DNA of 64,000 nt from Micromonosporaceae bacterium (lineage in GTDB: Bacteria; Actinomycetota; Actinomycetes; Mycobacteriales; Micromonosporaceae), in the NCBI GenBank assembly GCA_035713725.1, contig DASTMZ010000008.1, positions 8,280-72,279 on the forward strand, given 5' to 3'. How positions within the stretch are numbered: the stretch's first letter is position 1; each line of letters begins with the position of its first letter. Positions 18,905 through 27,600 of the stretch are shown here, in pieces. The notes under the pieces are model-generated. The model searched no databases and had not been told where the DNA came from. It saw only the letters and a program-made list of their open reading frames with translations. Both the position numbers and the translations under genes were made by a program.

Positions 18905-18922
18905 TTACTGACGAGTCAGTAA
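18905..18922. promoter_or_regulatory. Perfect 18 bp palindrome upstream of the SGNH hydrolase gene (candidate operator)
   Basis: TTACTGAC GA GTCAGTAA, 32 bp upstream of the GTG at 18954. Confidence 0.45.
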
Positions 18923-18953
18923 CGTCGCTTCGCCTACCCCCGAGGAGGACGAC

Positions 18954-19817
18954 GTGCGCAGATTGCGCTCGGTTTCAACTGCGTCTCGCGAGAAGCGCCG
19001 CGCCATGGTCACGGCGGCCCGCGGCAAGCGCCGCGCAGGAATCATCGTGTTCGTCGTGGCGCTCGGCGCCATCTTGTTCGCGGCCGCACCGGCGGATGCC
19101 GCGAGCAGTGTCCACTACGTAGCGCTCGGTGACTCGTACTCGTCGGGGCTCGGCGCCGGCAGCTTGATCGCATCGAGTGGGTCGTGCGACCGCAGCACGA
19201 AGGCCTACTCGGCGCTCTGGGCGGCGGCTCACGCGCCGGCGTCGTACGCGTCGGTCGCCTGCGCCGGTGCGACCACCACGAGCGTCAACTCCAGCCAGCT
19301 ATCCGCGCTCAGCACCGCGACGACGTTGGTGACCATCACGATCGGCGGCAACGACGTCGGGTTCACCAACATCATGGAGACGTGCGCGCTCGAGGGCACC
19401 GACGCCTGTGTGTCGGCCGTACAGTCCGCTGAGAACTTCGCGCAGACCACGCTGCCGGGCCTGCTGGACGCGACGTACAACGGGATCAGCGCGCATGCGC
19501 CGAACGCACACGTTGTGGTGCTCGACTATCCGGCGTTCTACCAGCTGCACACGTTCTGCATCGGCCTGTCGGCCACGTCGCACGCGAAGATCGACGAGGG
19601 CATCAACCTGCTCGATGGCGTGATCAGTGCGGCAGCGAGTCGGCACAGCTTCACGTTCGGCGACGTACGTTCCGCGTTCGTCGGGCACCAGCTGTGCAGC
19701 GGGGGTACGAAGTGGTTGCACTCCCTGAACATCACCGACATCAGCGAGTCCTACCACCCGACAGCGACCGGTCAGTCGAGCGGCTATTTACCGGCGATGA
19801 CCACCGCCGCCGGCTAG
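18954..19817 (+). CDS. Secreted SGNH/GDSL-family hydrolase (lipase/esterase)
   Basis: Signal peptide, block I YVALGDSYSSG, block III TITIGGNDVGF and conserved Cys pairs, as in Streptomyces-type SGNH esterases. GAGGAGG RBS. Confidence 0.85.
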   Translation: MRRLRSVSTASREKRRAMVTAARGKRRAGIIVFVVALGAILFAAAPADAASSVHYVALGDSYSSGLGAGSLIASSGSCDRSTKAYSALWAAAHAPASYASVACAGATTTSVNSSQLSALSTATTLVTITIGGNDVGFTNIMETCALEGTDACVSAVQSAENFAQTTLPGLLDATYNGISAHAPNAHVVVLDYPAFYQLHTFCIGLSATSHAKIDEGINLLDGVISAAASRHSFTFGDVRSAFVGHQLCSGGTKWLHSLNITDISESYHPTATGQSSGYLPAMTTAAG

Positions 19818-19862
19818 TGCCGGCGCGTCAGCGACGGTCGACGCCGGCCATCGCCGGATCCG

Positions 19863-20666
19863 TCACGATCTCGGGACTGCCTCGATGCCGGCGAGTCCGA
19901 GACGGACCGCGTTCGCACCGGCCTGGAACCGGCTGACGGCGTCGAGCCGGCGCATGATGTCGGCGATGTGGCGTCGGCACGTGCGCACCGACATGCCCAG
20001 CGCACGCGCGATCGTCTCGTCCTTCGCGCCGTCCGCGAGCAGTTGCACGATGCGTCGCTGGAGGGACCGGTGCGACGTGTCGGCAACGTCGACCGCCGCG
20101 ACCCGTGGCACCGCGGAACGAGGGACGGCGGAACGGGGCACCGCAGAACGGGGCACCGCGAATCTGGGTACGCCCGCTGCCGCTGCGAAAACCTCAGACT
20201 CGGAGCCGATCCGCATGGCGGTCGCACGTGACCACGCGACGTCGGCGAGACTGCGCAGCATCCGTACCACCTGGGGCTGGGTCACAACGGTGAGCTCGGC
20301 GGCGTCCGAGGGGAGCAGCGCCGTGGCATCGTCCACGGCCATCATGGTCTGCTCCGGCGTCCCACCGGCGCGCAGTTCGGCGCCGGCCTCGGTGGCCCGA
20401 TGGGCGAACAGACGTCCCGGCGTCGCGGACGGCCATCGACCGAACAGCACGCGCACCCGGCAGCCGCGCTGCAGCGCGCCGGTCACCAGCGGCGCGATGT
20501 CGATCGACCATGGCCATGGCCCCTTGCCACCGGGCTCGACCAGCAAGATCTCCGACTTGGCGTCGTTCAGCAGCTGCCCGAGCTCGATCGCGTCGCCCGA
20601 TGGCGGCGGAGTCTCGCCCCGCGTGTCGCGGTTAGTTGCGTCGCGGTTAGTTGCGTCGCCCCACAT
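19863..20666 (-). CDS. LuxR-family transcriptional regulator (unknown N-domain plus C-terminal HTH)
   Basis: The C-terminal SLQRRIVQLLADGAKDETIARALGMSVRTCRRHIADIMRRLDAVSRFQAG is a LuxR/GerE-type HTH. Start is uncertain (20666 or 20723). Confidence 0.75.
   Translation of the reverse strand: MWGDATNRDATNRDTRGETPPPSGDAIELGQLLNDAKSEILLVEPGGKGPWPWSIDIAPLVTGALQRGCRVRVLFGRWPSATPGRLFAHRATEAGAELRAGGTPEQTMMAVDDATALLPSDAAELTVVTQPQVVRMLRSLADVAWSRATAMRIGSESEVFAAAAGVPRFAVPRSAVPRSAVPRSAVPRVAAVDVADTSHRSLQRRIVQLLADGAKDETIARALGMSVRTCRRHIADIMRRLDAVSRFQAGANAVRLGLAGIEAVPRS
20107..20166 (-). repeat. 15 bp tandem repeat x4 in the LuxR linker (encodes AVPRS x4-5)
   Basis: ggcaccgcggaacga gggacggcggaacgg ggcaccgcagaacgg ggcaccgcgaatctg on the plus strand. 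In frame, immediately N-terminal of the HTH. Confidence 0.9.
20626..20655 (-). repeat. Perfect 15 bp tandem duplication at the LuxR 5' end (encodes ATNRD x2)
   Basis: gtcgcggttagttgc x2. Confidence 0.9.
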
Positions 20667-20791
20667 CTCGTCCACCTCGCCCGTCCGTGGCCGGTCCCGA
20701 CCCGACGCTTGAACAAATACCATTGAACGCGCACCCGCTCAACAGCCGCCACCCGGACAGCCGAAACTGGCCACGCACCGTGCCAAGGTCG

Positions 20792-21355
20792 CTACCGGCC
20801 GCTGCGGTAGAGATCACGCAACAGCGCTATCTCCGCGCCGTGGTGGGTCTGCTCGTCGATGAGGATCAGCAGCACCTCTCGCGCACTGCGCGGCCGGCCG
20901 AGATGGCTTGGCCGCGGCGCATCGAGATCACCGTCGTCGGCCTGCGACAGCCATTGCGTCACGGGCGCCCGGCTCGCCCGCCAGTCCTGCCGCGCCGATT
21001 CGGCGTCGGCCGGGATCTCGAGATCGATGAAGTTCCGCTGGCCGGGACCGAACGCGTGCTCCCAGTAGATCCAGTTGCCGTTCGCGAGATGTACGAGCCG
21101 CCAGGCGATCGTTGTCACCGGCGGCGGTTCCGGTGGCGGCCAGTCGTAGTCGATCCTCGCCCCGCCGTCGGCCGTCGGATGCACGGTCCACACCGCGGCG
21201 GCGGGCGCCCAGAAGAACTCCGCATCGGTCAAGCCGTCGAGCCGCTTATCCAGCCGATCCGCAGCGCCGCGCCACTGGTCGGCTAGGAGGTCGCAGGCAA
21301 CCCGCACCCGTCCGACGCTAGCGGAGCGCGGCCTCGTCGGCGACCGGTGCGCCAA
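20792..21355 (-). CDS. DinB-family protein
   Basis: 187 aa. Helical-bundle pattern with a conserved His-containing C-terminal (LIDEQTHHGAEIALLRDLY), typical of DinB_2/mycothiol-type DinB proteins. Confidence 0.65.
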   Translation of the reverse strand: MAHRSPTRPRSASVGRVRVACDLLADQWRGAADRLDKRLDGLTDAEFFWAPAAAVWTVHPTADGGARIDYDWPPPEPPPVTTIAWRLVHLANGNWIYWEHAFGPGQRNFIDLEIPADAESARQDWRASRAPVTQWLSQADDGDLDAPRPSHLGRPRSAREVLLILIDEQTHHGAEIALLRDLYRSGR

Positions 21356-21366
21356 GTGCCTGTGTG

Positions 21367-23112
21367 CTACCGGGCCGCGGGTGTGGCGTCCGACTCGAGC
21401 GCGTCAGCGGACGCGCCCCGCGGCTTGTCGGTGTGGACGTAGCGCGCGCCGCGCAACGCGGACGCGGCCGCCGCGGCAAGCGCCATCGTCGCCGCCGCGA
21501 TGAACACGATGACCAGGCCGTGGTGGAACGGACCAGAGATCAAGCTCGGGAAGAACTCGGGTCCGGTGAGATGCGCCGCGTTGGCCGGCGGCAAGGCGTT
21601 CAGCACGTTGTCGCCGAGCAAGTGGTGGATCGGGTTCGAACCGAGGAACGCGGCGAACAGCGTGCTCACCGGTGGCAGCGTCGCGACGTGCGATGCGGTG
21701 GCAGCCGGGACGCCCTGGGCGGTCAGGCCACTGGTCAGCGTGTGCGGCAACGACGTGGCGAGCCCCGCGATCATCAGCGAGAAGAAGACGCCGATGGACA
21801 GCGACGTACCCGAGTTCTGGCAGGTCGCGCGCATGCCCGACGCAACGCCGCGATCGCCCGGCGGCACGCTGCTCATGACCGACGAGGTGTTCGGCGCGGA
21901 GAACATGCCTTGGCCGATCCCGCAGGCGAACAGCATCGCGGCAAACTCCGGATATCGGAAGTTCACCGGGATCAGCAGGAGCCCGACGAACGCGGCGGCG
22001 GAGACGAGCAGACCGCTGGTAGCGAACAGTCGCGCGCCGAACCGGTCGGACAGATATCCCGAGACCGGTCCCGCGATCAGGAATCCGGCGGTCAGCGGCA
22101 AAAGATAGATGCCTGCCCACAACGGTGTGTCCGCGAAGTTGTACCCATGCAGCGGCAGCCAGATGCCCTGCAGCCAGATGATCAGCATGAACTGCAATCC
22201 GCCACGGGCGACCGAGGTGAGGAAGGTGGCTATGTTACCCGAGGTGAACGCTCGGATCCGGAATAGCGCGAGGTTGAACATCGGCTGCGCGACTCGCGTC
22301 TCGATCAGCACGAATGCGCTCAGCAGCGCGATGCCGCTGAGCAGGCCACCGAATACGAGCGGGTTCGTCCAATCGGTGGAGTGGCCGCCGTACGGCTGGA
22401 TGCCGTACGTCATCGCGGCCAGCACGAGCGCGGCGCCGAACGCGAAGGTCAGGTTGCCGAGCCAGTCCACTCGAGCTCGGTTTCGCGCGCTCGTCTCGCG
22501 CAGGCTGCGGTAGGACCAGATGGTGCCGAACACACCGATCGGCACGCTGACCCAGAACACCGCCCGCCAGTCGATCGCGGCGAGCAGCCCGCCGAGGACC
22601 AGGCCGAGAAACTGGCCGGCGAGCGCGGTGATCTGGTTGATGCCGAGCGCCGTGCCACGCTGGTTGGTCGGGAACGCGTCGGTGAGGATCGCCGCCGAAT
22701 TCGCCATCAGCATGGCGCCGCCGGTGGCCTGCACGACGCGCCACAGAATGAGCCACAGCGCGCCGCCGCGCGCATGGAACGGGTCGAACGACAACGCGAT
22801 CGATGCCGCGCTGAAGACGGCGAAGCCGAGGTTGTACATCCGCACCCGGCCGAACATGTCGCCCAGGCGGCCGAGCGAGACGACCAGCACCGCGGAGACC
22901 AGCAGGTAGCCGAGAATCATCCAGAGCAGGTAGCCGATGTTCGCCGGCGACAGCGGGTCGAGGCCGATGCCACGGAAGATCGCCGGCATTGCGATGATCA
23001 CGATAGAAATGTCGATCGTGACGATGAGCGTGCCGAGCGTCGTGTTGGACAGCGCCACCCACTTGTAGCGGTCGGCGGCGTCTTGGTCGGGACCGCCGCT
23101 CGCCCGGGTCAC
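21367..23112 (-). CDS. MFS transporter, DHA2/EmrB-like (14-TMS type)
   Basis: 581 aa with about 14 predicted TM helices and MFS motif A (GRLGDMFGRVRMY). GTG start overlaps the marR stop (GTGA). Confidence 0.85.
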   Translation of the reverse strand: MTRASGGPDQDAADRYKWVALSNTTLGTLIVTIDISIVIIAMPAIFRGIGLDPLSPANIGYLLWMILGYLLVSAVLVVSLGRLGDMFGRVRMYNLGFAVFSAASIALSFDPFHARGGALWLILWRVVQATGGAMLMANSAAILTDAFPTNQRGTALGINQITALAGQFLGLVLGGLLAAIDWRAVFWVSVPIGVFGTIWSYRSLRETSARNRARVDWLGNLTFAFGAALVLAAMTYGIQPYGGHSTDWTNPLVFGGLLSGIALLSAFVLIETRVAQPMFNLALFRIRAFTSGNIATFLTSVARGGLQFMLIIWLQGIWLPLHGYNFADTPLWAGIYLLPLTAGFLIAGPVSGYLSDRFGARLFATSGLLVSAAAFVGLLLIPVNFRYPEFAAMLFACGIGQGMFSAPNTSSVMSSVPPGDRGVASGMRATCQNSGTSLSIGVFFSLMIAGLATSLPHTLTSGLTAQGVPAATASHVATLPPVSTLFAAFLGSNPIHHLLGDNVLNALPPANAAHLTGPEFFPSLISGPFHHGLVIVFIAAATMALAAAAASALRGARYVHTDKPRGASADALESDATPAAR

Positions 23113-23594
23113 AGCATGCCTGCCAGCCGCTCCAGCAATGGGGTGGCGTCCGCGATGCGGCGCTGTTCGTCGGCCGTGAAGGCGGTGGCGAGTGCGCGCG
23201 CCATCCGCGCCGATTTGATGCCCCGGCGGTCCACGAGCAGCTGGCGGCCGCCCTCGGTGGCGGACATCAGCACACGGCGCCCGTCCGCCGGGTCGCGCGC
23301 GCGAGCCACCAGATCACGTCGCTCGAGAGCAGCGAGCGTTGCGCACATCGCTTGCGGGCGAACGCGTTCGGCGATCGCCAGCTCGCTTGGTGTCGCGGGT
23401 CCGCGCCGGTCCAGGTGCGAGAGCACGGAGGCCTCCGCGAGCGTGAGATCCCCGGGTACGTGTCCCTGACGCAACCGCCTCACGAGGCGTCCGATCGCCA
23501 CGTGGAGATCGGACGCGACCCGCGACGAGTCAACGGTGGCGTCGGTGGCTTCGGTGGCTTTGACCGGCGGCCTGGTCACGCTGATGTTCGCCAT
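23109..23594 (-). CDS. MarR-family transcriptional regulator
   Basis: Winged-helix core (LTLAEASVLSHLDRRGPATPSELAIAERVRPQAMCATLAALERRDLVARARDPADGRRVLMSATEGG). Start is taken at the internal ATG (MANISV) next to the AT-rich operator region. Confidence 0.85.
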   Translation of the reverse strand: MANISVTRPPVKATEATDATVDSSRVASDLHVAIGRLVRRLRQGHVPGDLTLAEASVLSHLDRRGPATPSELAIAERVRPQAMCATLAALERRDLVARARDPADGRRVLMSATEGGRQLLVDRRGIKSARMARALATAFTADEQRRIADATPLLERLAGML

Positions 23595-23640
23595 GATTAT
23601 CAACCTAGGTTTATCAATCTCGGTTGACAAGTCGGCTCGG
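23595..23640. promoter_or_regulatory. AT-rich promoter/operator region of marR-MFS with the 10 bp palindrome AACCTAGGTT
   Basis: gattatcAACCTAGGTTtatcaatctcggttgacaag. The palindrome sits at 23602-23611 and is flanked by TTATCAA direct repeats. Local AT content is far above the window background. Confidence 0.5.
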
Positions 23641-23766
23641 GAATCTGGGTCTTCGCCCACCGGCCGGCGGCATTGACCTGGGGCACACAGAGCGACGCCC
23701 AGCCTCCGTGACATTGGAGACTGGGCTTGGCGACTGGGCGTCGCTCTGCGCGCCGGTAGGGGGGAG

Positions 23767-24411
23767 CTACCAGCGGCGCAGCCAGTGGAAGTGATCGTTC
23801 AACCAGTTGTGCAACACGGCGATCTCGTCAGTCTTGTTGGACAGCCATGACACCGCGCCGGTCATCGCGAGGATGCTGAGCACGATCGCGACCAGACCGA
23901 ACAGCACGCCGAGACCGACCAGGCTGTGTCCGGTGACGCCGGGGCGGCGTACCTCGTAGAACGCCAGGACGCCGAGCAGCACGGCGATGACGCCGGCCAG
24001 CAAACCGATCGGGGCGAGCAGGCCGGTGAGTGTCGCGGTGATCGCGAGCGTGCCGGCGATCAGTGACAGCGTGGCCGCGGCGCCGACGCGGGTCCACCCG
24101 GTCGTGGTGGCGACCTGCGCGGCGGCCGTGTCGCCATCATCCGAGTCGCCGAAGAACGAGTCCGTGCGATCGCCAGTCATGATGCGCCGGCCGGTGGTCA
24201 TGTCCGACTCGCTGTCCCGGTCGATGACGGTGGTATTCCCGCGCCGCCCGGCGAAGACGCGACCGCGCGACGGCCGATGCGTCGCCGGCTCGGCGCGCAT
24301 CGCGCCATCTGTCTGCCGCTGCGCGTCCGCCGGACCCATGGCACGCTCGCCGCGGTCGTCGACGATGGTCGCGGTCGGCTCGGTGTCGGTCGAAGATTGT
24401 CTGCCTACCAT
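23767..24411 (-). CDS. Hypothetical membrane protein (hydrophilic N-terminus, three C-terminal TM helices)
   Basis: ATG at 24411 is preceded by AGGAGG. C-terminal helices are LSLIAGTLAITATLTGLLAPIGLLAGVIAVLLGVLAF and LVGLGVLFGLVAIVLSILAM. The ORF-track 5' extension to 24771 is rejected. Confidence 0.6.
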   Translation of the reverse strand: MVGRQSSTDTEPTATIVDDRGERAMGPADAQRQTDGAMRAEPATHRPSRGRVFAGRRGNTTVIDRDSESDMTTGRRIMTGDRTDSFFGDSDDGDTAAAQVATTTGWTRVGAAATLSLIAGTLAITATLTGLLAPIGLLAGVIAVLLGVLAFYEVRRPGVTGHSLVGLGVLFGLVAIVLSILAMTGAVSWLSNKTDEIAVLHNWLNDHFHWLRRW

Positions 24412-24640
24412 CGCCTGTCGCCTCCTGACGACTCTTGTCGCGAGAACATGTGTCGCGAGGTGGTCGTGTCGTACCCGCATCCGTGGCGTTTCAACCACCC
24501 ACATCGCCAGTCGGTGCAAGGCGCCCAAGTTGACGCAAGTCGCCCAGGTGACTCCGTCCGGCGCGTCGCCCGCCGCACGTATTGCTACCTGCGCACATAC
24601 GAATGTGGACGGGCGGCCGATCGTTAACGAGTGCAGGGAC

Positions 24641-27600
24641 GTGCCCGGATTGGAGACACTAGGTGGCGTGACTGTCGACCCCACCCTCAACGAGCGCCCG
24701 ACCGCGCAAGCCGCGGCGGTCGACGCGGCGAGGGTGTGGGCCGACTCGCTCATCGACAAAACCGGTCGCAACGAGCTGCTCTACTGCAAGGATCGCGGCA
24801 AGATCCGGTTGGACAACGCGGATCCGGTAGCGGTGACCCGTCTCGTGCACGGCGAGCCGGTGCGCCTGCGCCAGCTGTTCCGCGACGAGGCGGCATACCA
24901 GAATGTCGCGAAGACCGCCGAGTCGATCCGGCGGCGCATCAAGGAATACGACGAGGAGCGCGGCGTACGCATCGGACGCCTGGTGTACGGGTTCGCGACC
25001 TGGGACGTCCCGGCGCCAAAGCAACCGCGCGACGCCGGGCCGGTATCGCCGGCGCCGGCCACTCCTGAAGTTGATTCTGCCGAGGCCGCGATCTCGGATG
25101 GCGCGGCTTCTGCGGCCGCGATCTCGGCTGACGCCGGCTCTCCGGAGGCTGCCCTTGCCGAGCCGGCGTCTCCTGAGGCTTTCTCTCCTGAGGCCGCGGT
25201 GTCCGACGGCACCCCGTCCGACGGCACCCCGTCCGAGGGCACCCCGTCCGAGAGCACGCCGTTCGCCACGTGGCGCACCGACGGCGCCCGTCGCGAGGTG
25301 CGCGCGCCGGTGCTGCTACGCGACATCACCATCATGCATCGGCCCGGCCGGGACGACTTCGATCTGCGTGCCGACCGGGACGCCGAGATCAGTCCCGTGC
25401 TGCTGCACTACCTGCGCTCGACGTTTGGCGTCGACATCGACCCGGATCTGATCGCGGACCTCAACGACGTCGTCGACGACCCGGAGCGCATCACTGAGGC
25501 GCTCGACAAGCTTGCCGGCCTTCTGGTCGACGCGCCGGAGTTCCGGATCGTGCCCGGCATGCTCATCGGCACGTTCCACTACGCCAAGCTCGCGATGCAC
25601 CAGGATCTGCTGGACAACGCGCCCGTCTTCGCCGCCAACGGCCTCGTCAGCGCACTGGCCGGCGACCTCGGAGCGATCGAGCGCATCCGGCGGCCGGTCG
25701 GCGAGGTCACGATCGACCTGCCGGACCGTACGCCGCCGGCCGACGAGTTCCTGGTGCTCGACGCCGACCCGTCGCAGAACTACGTGGTCAACGCCGCGCT
25801 CGCCGGCCGCAGCCTCGTCGTCCAGGGTCCGCCCGGCACCGGAAAGTCGCAGACGATCAGCAACCTGATCGCGACGTTCGCGGCAAACGGTCGAAGCGTG
25901 CTGTTCGTCGCCGAGAAGCGCGCCGCGATCGACGCGGTTCTCGGTCGGCTGACCGAGGCGGGGCTCGACGATCTGGTTCTCGACCTGCACGTGACGACGG
26001 CGAACCGGTCGAAGGCGTACGAGCAGTTCCGTGGCGTGATCGAGCGCGCGCGAACGGTCGACGCCGTCGACGGCGCGCGGCTACACGCCCGTCTCGACCG
26101 TACGCGTGCTGCGTTGCTGGCCCACGACGAGGCGATGCACTCGGTGCGCAAGCCGTGGGGGTTGTCCGTGCACGACGTGCAGTCGGCGATGCTCGAGGCA
26201 CCACCGGAGGCCACCCCCGACCTTCGACTGACCGCGGCGACGCTCGACGGGCTCGGCGCCGATCGCGCCGACCAGGTGCGTGTCGCGCTCGCCGAGCTGA
26301 TCGCGCTCGGTGGTCTCGCACCCGCACAGTCTCGCGGGCCGTGGGCTAACGCGCAGTTCCAGTCGGACGCCGCGGCGACCCGGGCGCGCGAGGCCGTCGA
26401 CGAGACGCGTGGCTGGCTGCCGCAACTGCGCGAGCGTTCCGCCGAGGTGGCGCAGGCGCTCGGGTTCGCCGACCCGGCAACGCCTGCCGAGGCGGCCGCG
26501 ATGACGCAGATCTGTCTTCGCACCGCCGCGGCGGCTGCACGGTGGCGGCCGGAGATCTACGACGAGGATCTCGAGCGCCTCGTGGCGGCGGTCGGTGGTG
26601 CGCCGGCGACGCGACCCGGCGCGCGCATCGGCTGGTGGGAGCGCCGGCGGCTACGCAAGCGCGCCAAAGCGCTGCGCCTTCGTGGCATGCGTGGCGATCT
26701 CGCCGCCGAGCTCAAGGAGGTTGCGTCGGTCGCGGCCGAGTGGTGGCGCATTTCGCGGGTACGACCGCCGGCGCAGCCCGATCTGTCCGCCCTCGCGGCG
26801 GCGAACGACGCGATGCGTACGCTGCTCGTGGAGTTGGGCGGTCTCCTCGCGGCCGGAGATCTCGCGGCGCGCGACTGGTCGTCGCTGTCGACGATGCTCG
26901 ACGAGCTGGCGCGGTTCCCGAACGCCGCGCACGCCGCGGCGCGCATCAATCGGGTGACCGAGCAGCTTCGCGGTTCGGGCATGGGCGACCTGCTCGATTG
27001 GCTCGGCCGGGTCGCCCCGACGTGGCCCGAAGAACGTCGGACAGCCTTCGCCATCGCTGCGTTCGACCACGTCTGGCACCGTGCCGTGTTCGAGCGGGTG
27101 GCACTCGGCGACGCGCACCTCGCGTCGTTCGATGGCACGGCGCATTCGGCGATCGCCGACGACTTCATCGCGACGGATCACGCGCACGCACAGACAAACC
27201 GCGCACGCGTTCGTCGGCGCGTTGCCGAGCGCCTGACCGAGGTGCGTACGCAACACGTCGAGCAGGACATCTACCTGAGCCGGGAGCTCACCAAGAAGCG
27301 CCGTTTGAAGCCGTTGCGCGACCTGGTTCGAGACGCTCCCGAGGTGCTGCTCGCGGCGAAGCCGTGCTGGGCGATGTCACCACTGCTGGTCTCGCAGTTG
27401 CTCCCGCCGGGACAACTCTTCGACGTCGTGGTGTTCGACGAAGCGAGCCAGGTGCAGCCGGCCGAGGCGCTGCCGTCGATGGCAAGGGCTCGCGCCGCGG
27501 TGATCGCCGGCGACTCGAAACAGTTGCCGCCGACCGCGTTCTTTGAGGCCGCGGTCGACGTCGAGGACGAAGTCGACCGCGATCTGCTCACCCAGGACGC

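Noticed and set aside
23987-24640. 5' 218 codons of the 1,759-aa plus-strand ORF (the helicase gene as given in the ORF track)
   Set aside because: This part overlaps the RBS-supported minus-strand membrane-protein gene and translates to low-complexity Ala/Ser/Arg sequence. The DUF4011-like similarity begins only after about 24640, so the start was moved.
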